Shown: one piece after another, positions 17,054-25,948 of the stretch | How positions within the stretch are numbered: position 1 is the first letter of the stretch | How the letters are laid out: every line of letters begins with the position of its first letter | NCBI GenBank assembly: GCA_027025175.1 | Contig: JALVRF010000021.1 | Location: 1 to 50,314 of the forward strand | Reading direction: 5' to 3' | Length of the DNA: 50,314 nt | Source: Candidatus Aminicenantes bacterium | GTDB taxonomy: Bacteria > Acidobacteriota > Aminicenantia > S016-38 | Made by a program: the position numbers and the translations under genes | The notes under the pieces: model-generated | Told to the model about the DNA's origin: nothing | The model's database searches: none | Seen by the model: only the letters and a program-made list of their open reading frames with translations

Positions 17054-18414
17054 AAAGGGGAAGAATTCTAGTGGTGGATGACGAGGAGCAGATCAGGGAA
17101 CTGGTAAGGGAAATCCTTGAGGACGAGGGGTTCCAGGTGGAGGTTGCGGAGAGCGGGGAAGAGGCCCTTGCTCTTCTTGAGGAGAAGAACTACGACCTGG
17201 TTTTTCTGGACATATGGCTTCCCGGGATGGATGGCATGGAGGTTCTCAAAAGAATACTATCCACCCACTCCCCTCCCCATGTGGTGATGATATCCGGACA
17301 CGGCACCATATCCACGGCGGTGGAGGCCCTAAAAATAGGGGCATACGATTTCATAGAAAAACCCCTCTCCATGGAAAGGCTCATAGTGGTGGCAAGAAAT
17401 GCGGTGAGGGAAAGGAGGCTGAGGGAGGAACACGAGATTCTCCTGGGTGCCAAGGAGGAGGTAAGGTTCGTGGGTGAAAGCAGGGCCACCAAGGAGATTC
17501 TCCGCTTGGTGGAGGAACTGGCGCCCACGGACAGCACGGTTCTTATAACCGGGGAAACCGGAACAGGCAAAGAGCTAATAGCCCGTCTTATCCACGAGCG
17601 AAGTCCCAGGGCCAGGGGAAGGTTCGTTCCCCTGAACTGTTCCGCCATCCCCGAGGACCTCATGGAAAGCGAGTTATTCGGGTATGTAAAGGGAGCCTTT
17701 ACCAATGCGGTCTCCAACAAGAAGGGAAAACTCCAGATGGCAGATGGTGGGACCCTCTTTCTGGATGAGATAGGGGACATGAGCCTTAGAATCCAGGCGA
17801 AAATACTCAGGGTAATAGAGGAGCAGCGCTTTGAACCCCTGGGTTCCACAAGGGCCGTGGAAATAGATACCAGGTTCGTGGCAGCCACCAACAAGAACCT
17901 TGAGGAGGAGGTCAGGAAGGGGAATTTCCGCAGGGATCTTTTCTACAGGATAAATGTCCTCCCCATCCACATCCCTCCTCTCAGGGAAAGGAAGGAGGAC
18001 ATAATCCCCATTGCCAGGTATTATCTTGAGAAATTTTCAGTCAAATATAATAAGCCGGGTTTGATTTTTTCCCCATCGGCGGAAAGGGCCCTGATTTCCC
18101 ATCCCTGGTACGGAAATGTAAGGGAATTAAAGAACGCCGTGGAGCGGGCGGTGATAATGAAAAGGGAGGGAAGGGAAATCACTGCCGGGGACCTGAACCT
18201 TCGACCGGGAAATGAGGAGGAGAGGTTCTTTTCCATCTCCTCCCTTCAGGGGGCCATGAGGGCCTTTGAGAGGGAATTTATAAGGAGAAAACTCAGGGAA
18301 TTCGGCTGGAATGTGAGCCGCACCGCCGAGGCCTTAGGGCTTGACCGCTCCAGCCTCCATCGTAAAATGAAACAATACGGAATAGAGAAGGAGAGAGAAA
18401 ATGGTGAGAGTTAG
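17050..18414 (+). CDS. NtrX-like sigma54-dependent response regulator (REC-AAA-HTH)
   Basis: VVDDE, LDIWLP, GETGTGKE, GAFTNA, FLDEIG, Fis-type HTH. Confidence 0.93.
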   Translation: MKRGRILVVDDEEQIRELVREILEDEGFQVEVAESGEEALALLEEKNYDLVFLDIWLPGMDGMEVLKRILSTHSPPHVVMISGHGTISTAVEALKIGAYDFIEKPLSMERLIVVARNAVRERRLREEHEILLGAKEEVRFVGESRATKEILRLVEELAPTDSTVLITGETGTGKELIARLIHERSPRARGRFVPLNCSAIPEDLMESELFGYVKGAFTNAVSNKKGKLQMADGGTLFLDEIGDMSLRIQAKILRVIEEQRFEPLGSTRAVEIDTRFVAATNKNLEEEVRKGNFRRDLFYRINVLPIHIPPLRERKEDIIPIARYYLEKFSVKYNKPGLIFSPSAERALISHPWYGNVRELKNAVERAVIMKREGREITAGDLNLRPGNEEERFFSISSLQGAMRAFEREFIRRKLREFGWNVSRTAEALGLDRSSLHRKMKQYGIEKERENGES

Positions 18415-19816
18415 GTTCGCCCCTTCCCCTACAGGCCATCTTCATGTGGGAGGAGCAAGGACAGCGCTTTTTAACTGGCTTTTTGCCAGAAAAAAATCGG
18501 GAAAATTCGTCCTGAGAATAGAGGACACTGATCTGGAACGCTCAAGCCAGGAGATGAGTTTTGAAATCCTCAACGCCCTGAGGTGGCTCCGCTTAGAATG
18601 GGACGAGGGACCCTTTTACCAGAGCAAAAGGCTCCATCTTTACCGGAGAATGGCAGAAAGGCTGGTGGAGGAGGGTAAGGCCTATTATTGCTACTGCACC
18701 AAGGAGGAAATAGAGCAGAGGAGGGAGGCTTCAGGGAAGGGAAGGGCATGGAAATACGACCGCAGGTGCCTCCACCTTACCGAGGAGGAGAGGAAAAAAT
18801 TTGAGGAAGAAGGAAGGCCCAAAGCCATAAGGTTTCTCGTTCCAGAAGGGATAACGGAATTTGAGGACCTGATATTGGGCAAGGTCTCTGTTAAGAATCA
18901 GGATATAGAGGACTTCGTCCTTCTAAAATCCGACGGCTATCCCACCTACCACCTTTCGGTGGTGGTGGACGACCATCTCATGAAAATATCCCATGTCATA
19001 AGGGGCGCTGACCATATTTACAATACCCCTAAACAGATTCTCCTTTACAGGGCCTTAGGATGGGAGCCTCCTCTTTTCGCCCATCTTCCCCTTATCCTTG
19101 GGCCTGACAGGAAAAAATTGAGTAAAAGGCACGGGGAAACCTCAGTTCTTGCCTTCAGGGAAAAGGGAATCACCTCCTTAGCCATGGTCAATTTCCTGGC
19201 CCAGTTGAGCTGGTCCCCTGGAGAGGACAGGGATTTTTACACCATGGAGGAACTGGTGGAGAGGTTTTCCCTGGAAAGGGTGAAAAAATCCAATCCTGTT
19301 TTTGACCTTGACAAACTGGCGTGGTTGAACTCAAAGATAATTTCTTCCATGGAGTCGGAGGATTTGTGGGAAGAGGTTCTGCCCTTCCTGAAGGGGGAAA
19401 TCCGAAAAAGGGCCGAGGAAAAAAGGGAATGGGTCCTTAAGGTTTTGAACCTTATAAAGGAAAGGTCCAGGGACCTCAGGGAAGTTGGGGAAAAACTTGA
19501 AAGGTATCTGGTAAGGGATTTTCAGTATAAAGAGGATGCTCTTAAAAAGCACTGGAAGCCAGGGGCAAAGGAGGGGCTAAGAAGGCTCCTTGAGGAATAC
19601 AGGGCTCTGGAGCCCTTTAATGCGGAGGGCGCAGAGAGGGCCTTAAGGAGCCTGGCAGAGAAAATGGGGCGCAAAGCGGCGTCCTTTATCCATCCCCTCA
19701 GAGTAGCCCTCCTGGGAGAGAGGGTCTCGCCTCCCATATTTGATGTGGTGGAGGTTCTGGGAAAGGATGAGGTGCTCCTGAGGATAGAAAGGGCCCTTAA
19801 GGAACTCCCGGACTGA
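18401..19816 (+). CDS. gltX: Glutamate--tRNA ligase
   Basis: RFAPSPTGHLHVGG, LRIEDTD, IRGADH, KLSKRHG, anticodon-binding C-terminal domain. Confidence 0.96.
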   Translation: MVRVRFAPSPTGHLHVGGARTALFNWLFARKKSGKFVLRIEDTDLERSSQEMSFEILNALRWLRLEWDEGPFYQSKRLHLYRRMAERLVEEGKAYYCYCTKEEIEQRREASGKGRAWKYDRRCLHLTEEERKKFEEEGRPKAIRFLVPEGITEFEDLILGKVSVKNQDIEDFVLLKSDGYPTYHLSVVVDDHLMKISHVIRGADHIYNTPKQILLYRALGWEPPLFAHLPLILGPDRKKLSKRHGETSVLAFREKGITSLAMVNFLAQLSWSPGEDRDFYTMEELVERFSLERVKKSNPVFDLDKLAWLNSKIISSMESEDLWEEVLPFLKGEIRKRAEEKREWVLKVLNLIKERSRDLREVGEKLERYLVRDFQYKEDALKKHWKPGAKEGLRRLLEEYRALEPFNAEGAERALRSLAEKMGRKAASFIHPLRVALLGERVSPPIFDVVEVLGKDEVLLRIERALKELPD

Positions 19817-19819
19817 ACC

Positions 19820-19848
19820 TTGACTTGATTTAAGAGCTTCTTTAATAT
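19820..19848 (+). promoter_or_regulatory. Sigma70-type promoter of the CoA-ligase operon
   Basis: TTGACT-17 nt-TAATAT; SD GGAGG before ATG 19869. Confidence 0.7.
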
Positions 19849-19868
19849 AACTGAAAGCGGAGGTTGAA

Positions 19869-21425
19869 ATGGCAAGGCTTTACGAATACCAGGGAAAGGA
19901 AATTCTCAAGGATGTGGGAATTAAGGTTCCAGAGGGAAGGGTGGTTGAGAGCCCTGAGGAGGCATCTAAGGCCGCTGAAGAATTGGGAGGAGAGGTGGTG
20001 CTCAAAATCCAGGTATGGCTCAAGGGAAGGGCTGAGATGGGGGGAGTTAAGTTTGCCTCCAGCCCTGAGAAGGCCAAGGAAATAGCCGCCTCCCTCCTGG
20101 GAAAGAAGTTCAAGAACTTCCTGGTGGAGAAACTCCTGGTGGAGAGGAAACTGAATATTAAGGAGGAACTCTTCGCCGGAATAGTAATTGACGATTACGA
20201 GAAAAAACCCTTAGTGGTCTTTTCTGCCATAGGAGGAACCGGGATTGAGGAGATAGCCAGGGAGCATCCTGAAGCCATATTGAAACACCATGTGGATGTC
20301 TTAGAGGGTTTTCCTGAATACAGGGCCAGGGGCCTACTTTCAAAAATGGGATTCAAGGGTAAACTTTTGGTCAAACTTTCCTCCACGCTGTCCAGGCTCT
20401 ATCAGGCCTTCAGAAAATACGACGCCCGCTCCGCAGAGATAAACCCCCTGGTAATCACTGAAGAAGGGGATGTTTATGCCGCAGATACCCACATAACCAT
20501 TGATGATTATGCGGTTTACCGCCATCCAGAACTGGGAATAGAGATAGCCAGGGAGTTTGACCGCCCGCCCACGGAACTGGAAAAAATAGCCTACAAGGTT
20601 GAGGAGAACGATTATCGTGGAACCTTCTACTTCTTCCAGATGGTGGAGAGGCCCAATCCTGATGAGAACTACATAGGTTTTCACGGGGCAGGGGGAGGAG
20701 GTTCCATGATGTCCATGGACGCAGTTCTCAACCGGGGATTTAAAATTGCAAACTTTACCGATACCAGCGGAAATCCACCGGCGTCCAAGGTTTACAGGGC
20801 GGCAAAGATAATCCTTTCCCAGCCAGGGATAATAGGTTATTTCGCCTCGGGCTCAGGGGTGGCTTCCCAGGAACAGTTCAACTCAGCCAGGGGCTTAGTC
20901 AAGGCCTTTATGGAAGAACAGATTGAGATTCCTGCGGTTTTGAGGCTCGGGGGAAATTACGAGGAAAAGGCCATAGAGATTCTCCATACCTTCTCAAAAT
21001 TCATCCCCGCTGAAATCGAGGGATATGGAAGGGACGATTCACCGGAGTTCTGTGCTGACCGCCTCAAGGAACTGGTGGAAAAGAGGGGAAGGAAGGTCCA
21101 CAGGGTAAAGCCCATGGAGGAATTTGCTCCCCCTGAGAATGCCTATTCCTTTAAGACCCTCACAGGGGCCGTTTACATAGATCACAGCCTCTGCGTGAAA
21201 TGTCAGGCAAAACCCTGCGTGGAGGCCTGCACCTATGGGGTGCTAAAATTTGAGGACGGAAAACCCGTCCTGGCCATTTCAGAGGAGGATGCTGCTAAGG
21301 GCAAGTGCACCGAATGCTTGGCCTGTGAACTGTCGTGTTTCTTAGAGGGAAACAAAGCCATAAAAATCCATCTGCCCATCCCTGGGCTTAAGGAATACAG
21401 GGAAAAGGTTTCCAAGGAGGGATAA
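19869..21425 (+). CDS. NDP-forming acyl-CoA synthetase beta subunit (SucC/ACL/CCS family) fused to a 2x[4Fe-4S] ferredoxin
   Basis: LYEYQGKEIL, ATP-grasp, EINPL, AGGGGSMM, NFTDTSGNP, RLGGN; C-terminal CxxCxxxxCxxxC and CxxCxxCxxxC. Confidence 0.85.
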   Translation: MARLYEYQGKEILKDVGIKVPEGRVVESPEEASKAAEELGGEVVLKIQVWLKGRAEMGGVKFASSPEKAKEIAASLLGKKFKNFLVEKLLVERKLNIKEELFAGIVIDDYEKKPLVVFSAIGGTGIEEIAREHPEAILKHHVDVLEGFPEYRARGLLSKMGFKGKLLVKLSSTLSRLYQAFRKYDARSAEINPLVITEEGDVYAADTHITIDDYAVYRHPELGIEIAREFDRPPTELEKIAYKVEENDYRGTFYFFQMVERPNPDENYIGFHGAGGGGSMMSMDAVLNRGFKIANFTDTSGNPPASKVYRAAKIILSQPGIIGYFASGSGVASQEQFNSARGLVKAFMEEQIEIPAVLRLGGNYEEKAIEILHTFSKFIPAEIEGYGRDDSPEFCADRLKELVEKRGRKVHRVKPMEEFAPPENAYSFKTLTGAVYIDHSLCVKCQAKPCVEACTYGVLKFEDGKPVLAISEEDAAKGKCTECLACELSCFLEGNKAIKIHLPIPGLKEYREKVSKEG

Positions 21426-22334
21426 ATGGCTATTCTAATAGACGAAAAGACCAGGGTTCTTGTTCAGGGGATAACCGGAAGGGAAGGAAGGGCCAGGACC
21501 AAACTCATGAAGGGATACGGAACCAATGTGGTGGCAGGGGTAACCCCCGGGAAGGGGGGACAGGAGGTGGAGGGAATTCCGGTTTTTGACTCGGTATACG
21601 AGGCCATGGAAAAGGTGGGGGAAATAGACGCTTCGGCGATTTTCGTCCCTGCCCCTTTGGTAAAGGCAGCGGCCTTGGAGGCCATAGATGCTGGCATTAA
21701 ACTCCTTCTTTTAGTTCCGGACAGAGTTCCTATCCACGATGTTCTCGAAATTGCAGCCCACGCTGAAAGAAAAGGGGCTAATTTCATAGGCCCCAACACC
21801 CTGGGGGTTCTTTCTCCCGGGAAGGCGGTCCTGGGAATGATAGGAGGAAGGCCAGAGACCGCCAAGGCATGGTTCAGACAGGGGGACATTGGGGTAAGTT
21901 CCCGCTCCGGTGGCATAACTTCCGCCATATCCTATTACCTTTCCAGGGCAGGTTTTGGACTCTCCACCATAGTTCATGTGGGAGGGGATGCTGTGGTGGG
22001 TCTTCCCCATCCGGATATAATGCTGCTTTTCCAGGAGGATTCCCAGACCAGGATGATGGTCATGTTCGGGGAAATAGGAACCACCCAGGAGGAGAGGGTT
22101 GCGGAACTTGTGGAAGGGGGTAAGATAACAAAGCCCATAGTGGCCTTTATTGGGGGAAAGGCTGCCAAGGAAGGGACCCGCTTTTCCCACGCAGGGGCCA
22201 TAGTTGAGGGGGGGAGAGGGAGTTATGCCTCCAAGGTGGAAAGGCTCAAAAAAGCCGGGGTATATATAGCCGATGCCCTCATGGAAATTCCCAAGGTAGT
22301 CGGGGAAGTAAGGAAGAAGCACGGACTTGACTGA
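21426..22334 (+). CDS. NDP-forming acyl-CoA synthetase alpha subunit (SucD-like)
   Basis: VQGITG, GVTPGKGG, IFVP, GPNTLG, SRSGG, GEIG, phospho-His FSHAG. Confidence 0.9.
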   Translation: MAILIDEKTRVLVQGITGREGRARTKLMKGYGTNVVAGVTPGKGGQEVEGIPVFDSVYEAMEKVGEIDASAIFVPAPLVKAAALEAIDAGIKLLLLVPDRVPIHDVLEIAAHAERKGANFIGPNTLGVLSPGKAVLGMIGGRPETAKAWFRQGDIGVSSRSGGITSAISYYLSRAGFGLSTIVHVGGDAVVGLPHPDIMLLFQEDSQTRMMVMFGEIGTTQEERVAELVEGGKITKPIVAFIGGKAAKEGTRFSHAGAIVEGGRGSYASKVERLKKAGVYIADALMEIPKVVGEVRKKHGLD

Positions 22335-22989
22335 AAAAGAGAAAATAGCAGAGGCCATAAGGAAACTTTACAGCAGGGGACTTATAACCCTTTCCGAGGG
22401 AAATGTTTCCCTAAGAAAGGGGGATGGTTTTCTTATAACCCCGGGAGGGCTCAGAAAGGACAGGGTTGAACCCTCTCACATAGCCCTGGTTTCCCTGGAA
22501 GGGAAAATTATGTGCGGAAAGCCATCCTCCGAATACCTTCTTCACCTTGAAATTTACAGGAAAAGGCCTGATGTAAATGCTGTGGTTCACGCCCATCCTC
22601 CCTTTGTCCTTTCCCTCGCCTCGGCTGAAATCCCCCTTAAATATCCTGTCCTGGCCGAGGCAGTCTTCCTTTTAGGTCCTGTTCCCATATTGGAGTTTTC
22701 CCTGCCCTCAAGCATGGACCTGGCGGCGAAGGCAGGGGAGGCTTCCAGAAGGCACGATGCTTTGATCCTTGAAAACCATGGGGCTGTAACCCTTGCCCCG
22801 GGTCTTGACCTTGCCTTAGCCATGATGGAGACTTTGGAGAGGACCGCAGAGGTTCTCTGGAGGGGATTGCTCCTGGGCAAGGTGAAACTCCTTGGCCGAA
22901 CTCAGGTAGAGGAACTGCTGGCCCTTCGGTCCCGTTACGGCCTTCCCCCCAGGGACTGGAGACCCGAAGATTTCCTCTGGAGCCTGTAG
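22327..22989 (+). CDS. Class II aldolase/adducin family protein
   Basis: EGNVS, ITPGG, PSSE..LH..IY, HAHP, NHG. Confidence 0.92.
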   Translation: MTEKEKIAEAIRKLYSRGLITLSEGNVSLRKGDGFLITPGGLRKDRVEPSHIALVSLEGKIMCGKPSSEYLLHLEIYRKRPDVNAVVHAHPPFVLSLASAEIPLKYPVLAEAVFLLGPVPILEFSLPSSMDLAAKAGEASRRHDALILENHGAVTLAPGLDLALAMMETLERTAEVLWRGLLLGKVKLLGRTQVEELLALRSRYGLPPRDWRPEDFLWSL

Positions 22990-23034
22990 GGTCCAGGAAA
23001 ACCCCGGGATGGGAAATTCGTATAAATTAACAGC

Positions 23035-24267
23035 ATGAAAATTTCGGTTGGGGAAACTTTATCTCTGGCAGTCCAATCCCTGAGAAGAAATGCCTTCAGA
23101 ACCTTTCTGACTCTGCTGGGAATAATAATTGCGGTTTCCACCATAATATCAATTATAGGCACAATAGAAGGCCTGAACGATTATGTAAAGGAAAAAATAA
23201 TCCCATACGGGGCGACGGATTTCACGGTGGCAAGGAGACCGGAAATAGTGACCTCATGGAAGGAATTTCTGAAATTAAGGAGGAGGAAGAGGTTTCCCCT
23301 TTCCTATTATCAGAAAATCAAAGAACTGTGTTATTCCTGTGAGAAAGTGGGGGCGGAGGATTCGGGAACCGCCAAGGTTTTTTACAGGGGAAAATACTTG
23401 GAGGATGTGTCCGTAAAGGGGGAAACCTCCCTGGCCAGGGAGATAGGGGGGGTAAGGGACCTGGCCGACGGGAGGCCTTTTACTGAGGAGGAGGCGCTTT
23501 CCGGGGCCAAGGTCTGCACCATAGGATGGGATATTAGGGAAAACCTTTTTCCCTTACAGGATCCCATAGGAAAGAGGATAAGGATAAGGGGAGTCAGTTT
23601 CAGGATTGTGGGGGTGGAGGCAAAGAGAGGGAAAGTGATGGGAATTTCTGCGGATAATTTCGTTGCCATTCCCATAAAGGCCTTTTACACAGTTTTCCCC
23701 TGGAGGCAGGACATAACCATAAAGGTCCACACTTCCTCCCCTGAAAAAATGCAGGAGGCCATGGACGAAGTAAGGGCCATTCTCCGCTCCCTGAGGCATC
23801 TTCCACCCTCTGCAGAGGACGATTTTTCCTTTTCCACCTCCCAGTCCATGCTTAAAATATATAAAAACCTTACCTCCACCCTTTTCCTGGCCATGATAAT
23901 AATATCCTCCATCTCCCTGCTTGTGGGGGGGATCGTTGTTATGAACATCATGCTGGTTTCGGTAAGTGAAAGGGTTCCGGAAATAGGGATCAGGAGGGCT
24001 GTGGGAGCGAGAAGGGCTGACATTATGCGGCAATTTCTCATGGAATCTGTCTTTTTAACGAGCCTGGGTGGGATAATAGGAATTTTGCTCGGTGGTTTTC
24101 TGGTTTACCTCATAAACAGATTTTCCCCCCTGCCGGCCCACATGAAACTATGGTTTGTTCTACTGGGTTTAGGGATAGCAGGCGCGGCAGGTATTATTTT
24201 TGGAATATACCCAGCATCCAGGGCTGCAAGTTTACATCCGGTTGAAGCCTTAAGGAGCGAGATGTGA
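23035..24267 (+). CDS. MacB/FtsX-type ABC transporter permease
   Basis: RTFLTLLGIIIA, large periplasmic domain, LLVGGIVVMNIMLVSVSER..EIGIRRAVGA. Confidence 0.92.
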   Translation: MKISVGETLSLAVQSLRRNAFRTFLTLLGIIIAVSTIISIIGTIEGLNDYVKEKIIPYGATDFTVARRPEIVTSWKEFLKLRRRKRFPLSYYQKIKELCYSCEKVGAEDSGTAKVFYRGKYLEDVSVKGETSLAREIGGVRDLADGRPFTEEEALSGAKVCTIGWDIRENLFPLQDPIGKRIRIRGVSFRIVGVEAKRGKVMGISADNFVAIPIKAFYTVFPWRQDITIKVHTSSPEKMQEAMDEVRAILRSLRHLPPSAEDDFSFSTSQSMLKIYKNLTSTLFLAMIIISSISLLVGGIVVMNIMLVSVSERVPEIGIRRAVGARRADIMRQFLMESVFLTSLGGIIGILLGGFLVYLINRFSPLPAHMKLWFVLLGLGIAGAAGIIFGIYPASRAASLHPVEALRSEM

Positions 24268-25517
24268 GGAGATTTACCCTTGCTGGAGAACTAATAAAAA
24301 CTGCCCTTTCTTCCCTGGGCAGAAACAAAACCCGAAGTTTTCTTACCGCTCTGGGAATAATAATCGGGGTGGCTACGGTGATGGCCATGGTGGGAGTTAC
24401 AGAGGGTATAAGGGTAAACATGAAAAAACAACTTGAGGTCCTGGGCTCCAACCTGATTTTCGTGTCCAAATTTGAACCTGGCATAAGGTTCGGGAGGACG
24501 CCCAGGAAACTCAGATTGAGAAAAAACCTGACCCTGAAGGACCTGGAGTCCATCCAGAAACTTCCCTCTGTGGAATATGCTGCTGGCCAGATAAAACTCT
24601 TTGAGGGAAGGAAGGTAAGGTCAAAATATTCCACCACCACCGGCGTGGTTCTCATAGGAGCCACTTCTGATTATCTCAGGGTTCTCAAAATGAACCTGAT
24701 GGCAGGAAGATTCTTCACCCAGGGGGAGGAGCGAAGCAGGGCAAATGTGGCGGTTCTCGGAGCAGATGTGGTGGAGAATCTGTTCCCCGGGGTTGACCCC
24801 ATAGGTAAGAAATTCCACATGAGAAATTCCACATACAGGGTAATAGGTGTTATGGAAAAGATGGGTCAGGGCCTCTTTGGCCAGAACCAGGATAATTATG
24901 TGATTCTCCCCATTACCACCCTTTACAAGTATTACCCCTGGAGCCGAAGGCTGTGGTGGGGAGGATTATTTATCATGGCAAGACCCAAAAGCCCTGAACT
25001 CCTCCAGGAAGCCATGGACGAGATAACAGAAGTTCTAAGGATAAGGAGGAGATTGAAACCTTCCCAGGATAACGACTTTTCCATTTATACCCAGGAATAT
25101 GTCAATAAACTTTTCAATCAATTAATAGGCGGGGTATTTTTGGTTGGTGTCCTGATAGCATCCATTTCCCTTCTGGTGGGGGGAATCGGGATAATGAACA
25201 TCATGCTGGTTTCCATGAGAGAAAGAACATCGGAAATAGGCTTGAGGAGGGCTCTGGGCGCAAAAAGGAGGCATATCCTCTTCCAGTTCCTGGTGGAGGC
25301 TGTGGTTCTTTCCCTTGGGGGAGGTCTTATAGGCATGATTCTGGGGTTTTTGCTGGCCTTAGTGGCCAAGGCCGCTGCCCACTTTCCTGCCCAGGTTACC
25401 TTCTTCGGTGTTGCCATGGGGATTGGTGTTTCTACCTTAGTGGGGATTTTCTTCGGCATTTACCCTGCGTGGAAGGCTTCCCAACTTAGCCCTGTGGAGG
25501 CCCTTCGTTACGAATGA
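24264..25517 (+). CDS. MacB/FtsX-type ABC transporter permease (paralog)
   Basis: RSFLTALGIIIG, LLVGGIGIMNIMLVS, PVEALRYE; GTGA overlap. Confidence 0.92.
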   Translation: MRRFTLAGELIKTALSSLGRNKTRSFLTALGIIIGVATVMAMVGVTEGIRVNMKKQLEVLGSNLIFVSKFEPGIRFGRTPRKLRLRKNLTLKDLESIQKLPSVEYAAGQIKLFEGRKVRSKYSTTTGVVLIGATSDYLRVLKMNLMAGRFFTQGEERSRANVAVLGADVVENLFPGVDPIGKKFHMRNSTYRVIGVMEKMGQGLFGQNQDNYVILPITTLYKYYPWSRRLWWGGLFIMARPKSPELLQEAMDEITEVLRIRRRLKPSQDNDFSIYTQEYVNKLFNQLIGGVFLVGVLIASISLLVGGIGIMNIMLVSMRERTSEIGLRRALGAKRRHILFQFLVEAVVLSLGGGLIGMILGFLLALVAKAAAHFPAQVTFFGVAMGIGVSTLVGIFFGIYPAWKASQLSPVEALRYE

Positions 25518-25568
25518 TATTTTAATTCTGGCCAGGAATTAATCTTCCCCTTTTATGCCCTTTATCTG

Positions 25569-25597
25569 TTGAAAAAAGGGGTTTTTACTTTTATAAT
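25569..25597 (+). promoter_or_regulatory. Strong sigma70-type promoter of the HU gene
   Basis: TTGAAA-17 nt-TATAAT; SD AAGGAGGTG. Confidence 0.8.
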
Positions 25598-25629
25598 AAG
25601 CGTAAGGAAATATTTAAGGAGGTGAAGGT

Positions 25630-25893
25630 ATGGAAAAAATTTACAGGGAAATCGCAAAGGAATTAGGAGTTAGCCAGGAAAAGGCAAAGAAAGCCATCAG
25701 GTTGTTCCTGGAGAAGGCGGCTGAAAGGGCGGCCAAGGGAGATAAGGTCATAGTTCCCGGCTACATTTCCATTTCCAAGGTTAAAAGGGCCGCCAGGACA
25801 GGGGTCAACCCCAGGACCAAGGAGAAAATCAAGATTCCTGCCAAGGAAGTTCTAAAAGCCAAACTGGGAAAGAAAATTCAGGAAAAACTCTGA
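25630..25893 (+). CDS. hup: HU/IHF-family DNA-binding protein
   Basis: 87 aa, basic, RAARTGVNPRTKEKIKIPAK arm. Confidence 0.93.
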   Translation: MEKIYREIAKELGVSQEKAKKAIRLFLEKAAERAAKGDKVIVPGYISISKVKRAARTGVNPRTKEKIKIPAKEVLKAKLGKKIQEKL

Positions 25894-25904
25894 GTAATTT
25901 TTAT

Positions 25905-25936
25905 TCCCCCCTTTTGCAAAAAGGGGGGATTTTTTT
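25905..25936 (+). terminator. Intrinsic terminator of the HU gene
   Basis: TCCCCCCTTTT-GCA-AAAAGGGGGGA followed by 7 T. Confidence 0.88.
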
Positions 25937-25948
25937 ATTTTTTTGTAA

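Noticed and set aside
17190-17894. 234-aa minus-strand ORF
   Set aside because: Antisense shadow of the sigma54 regulator
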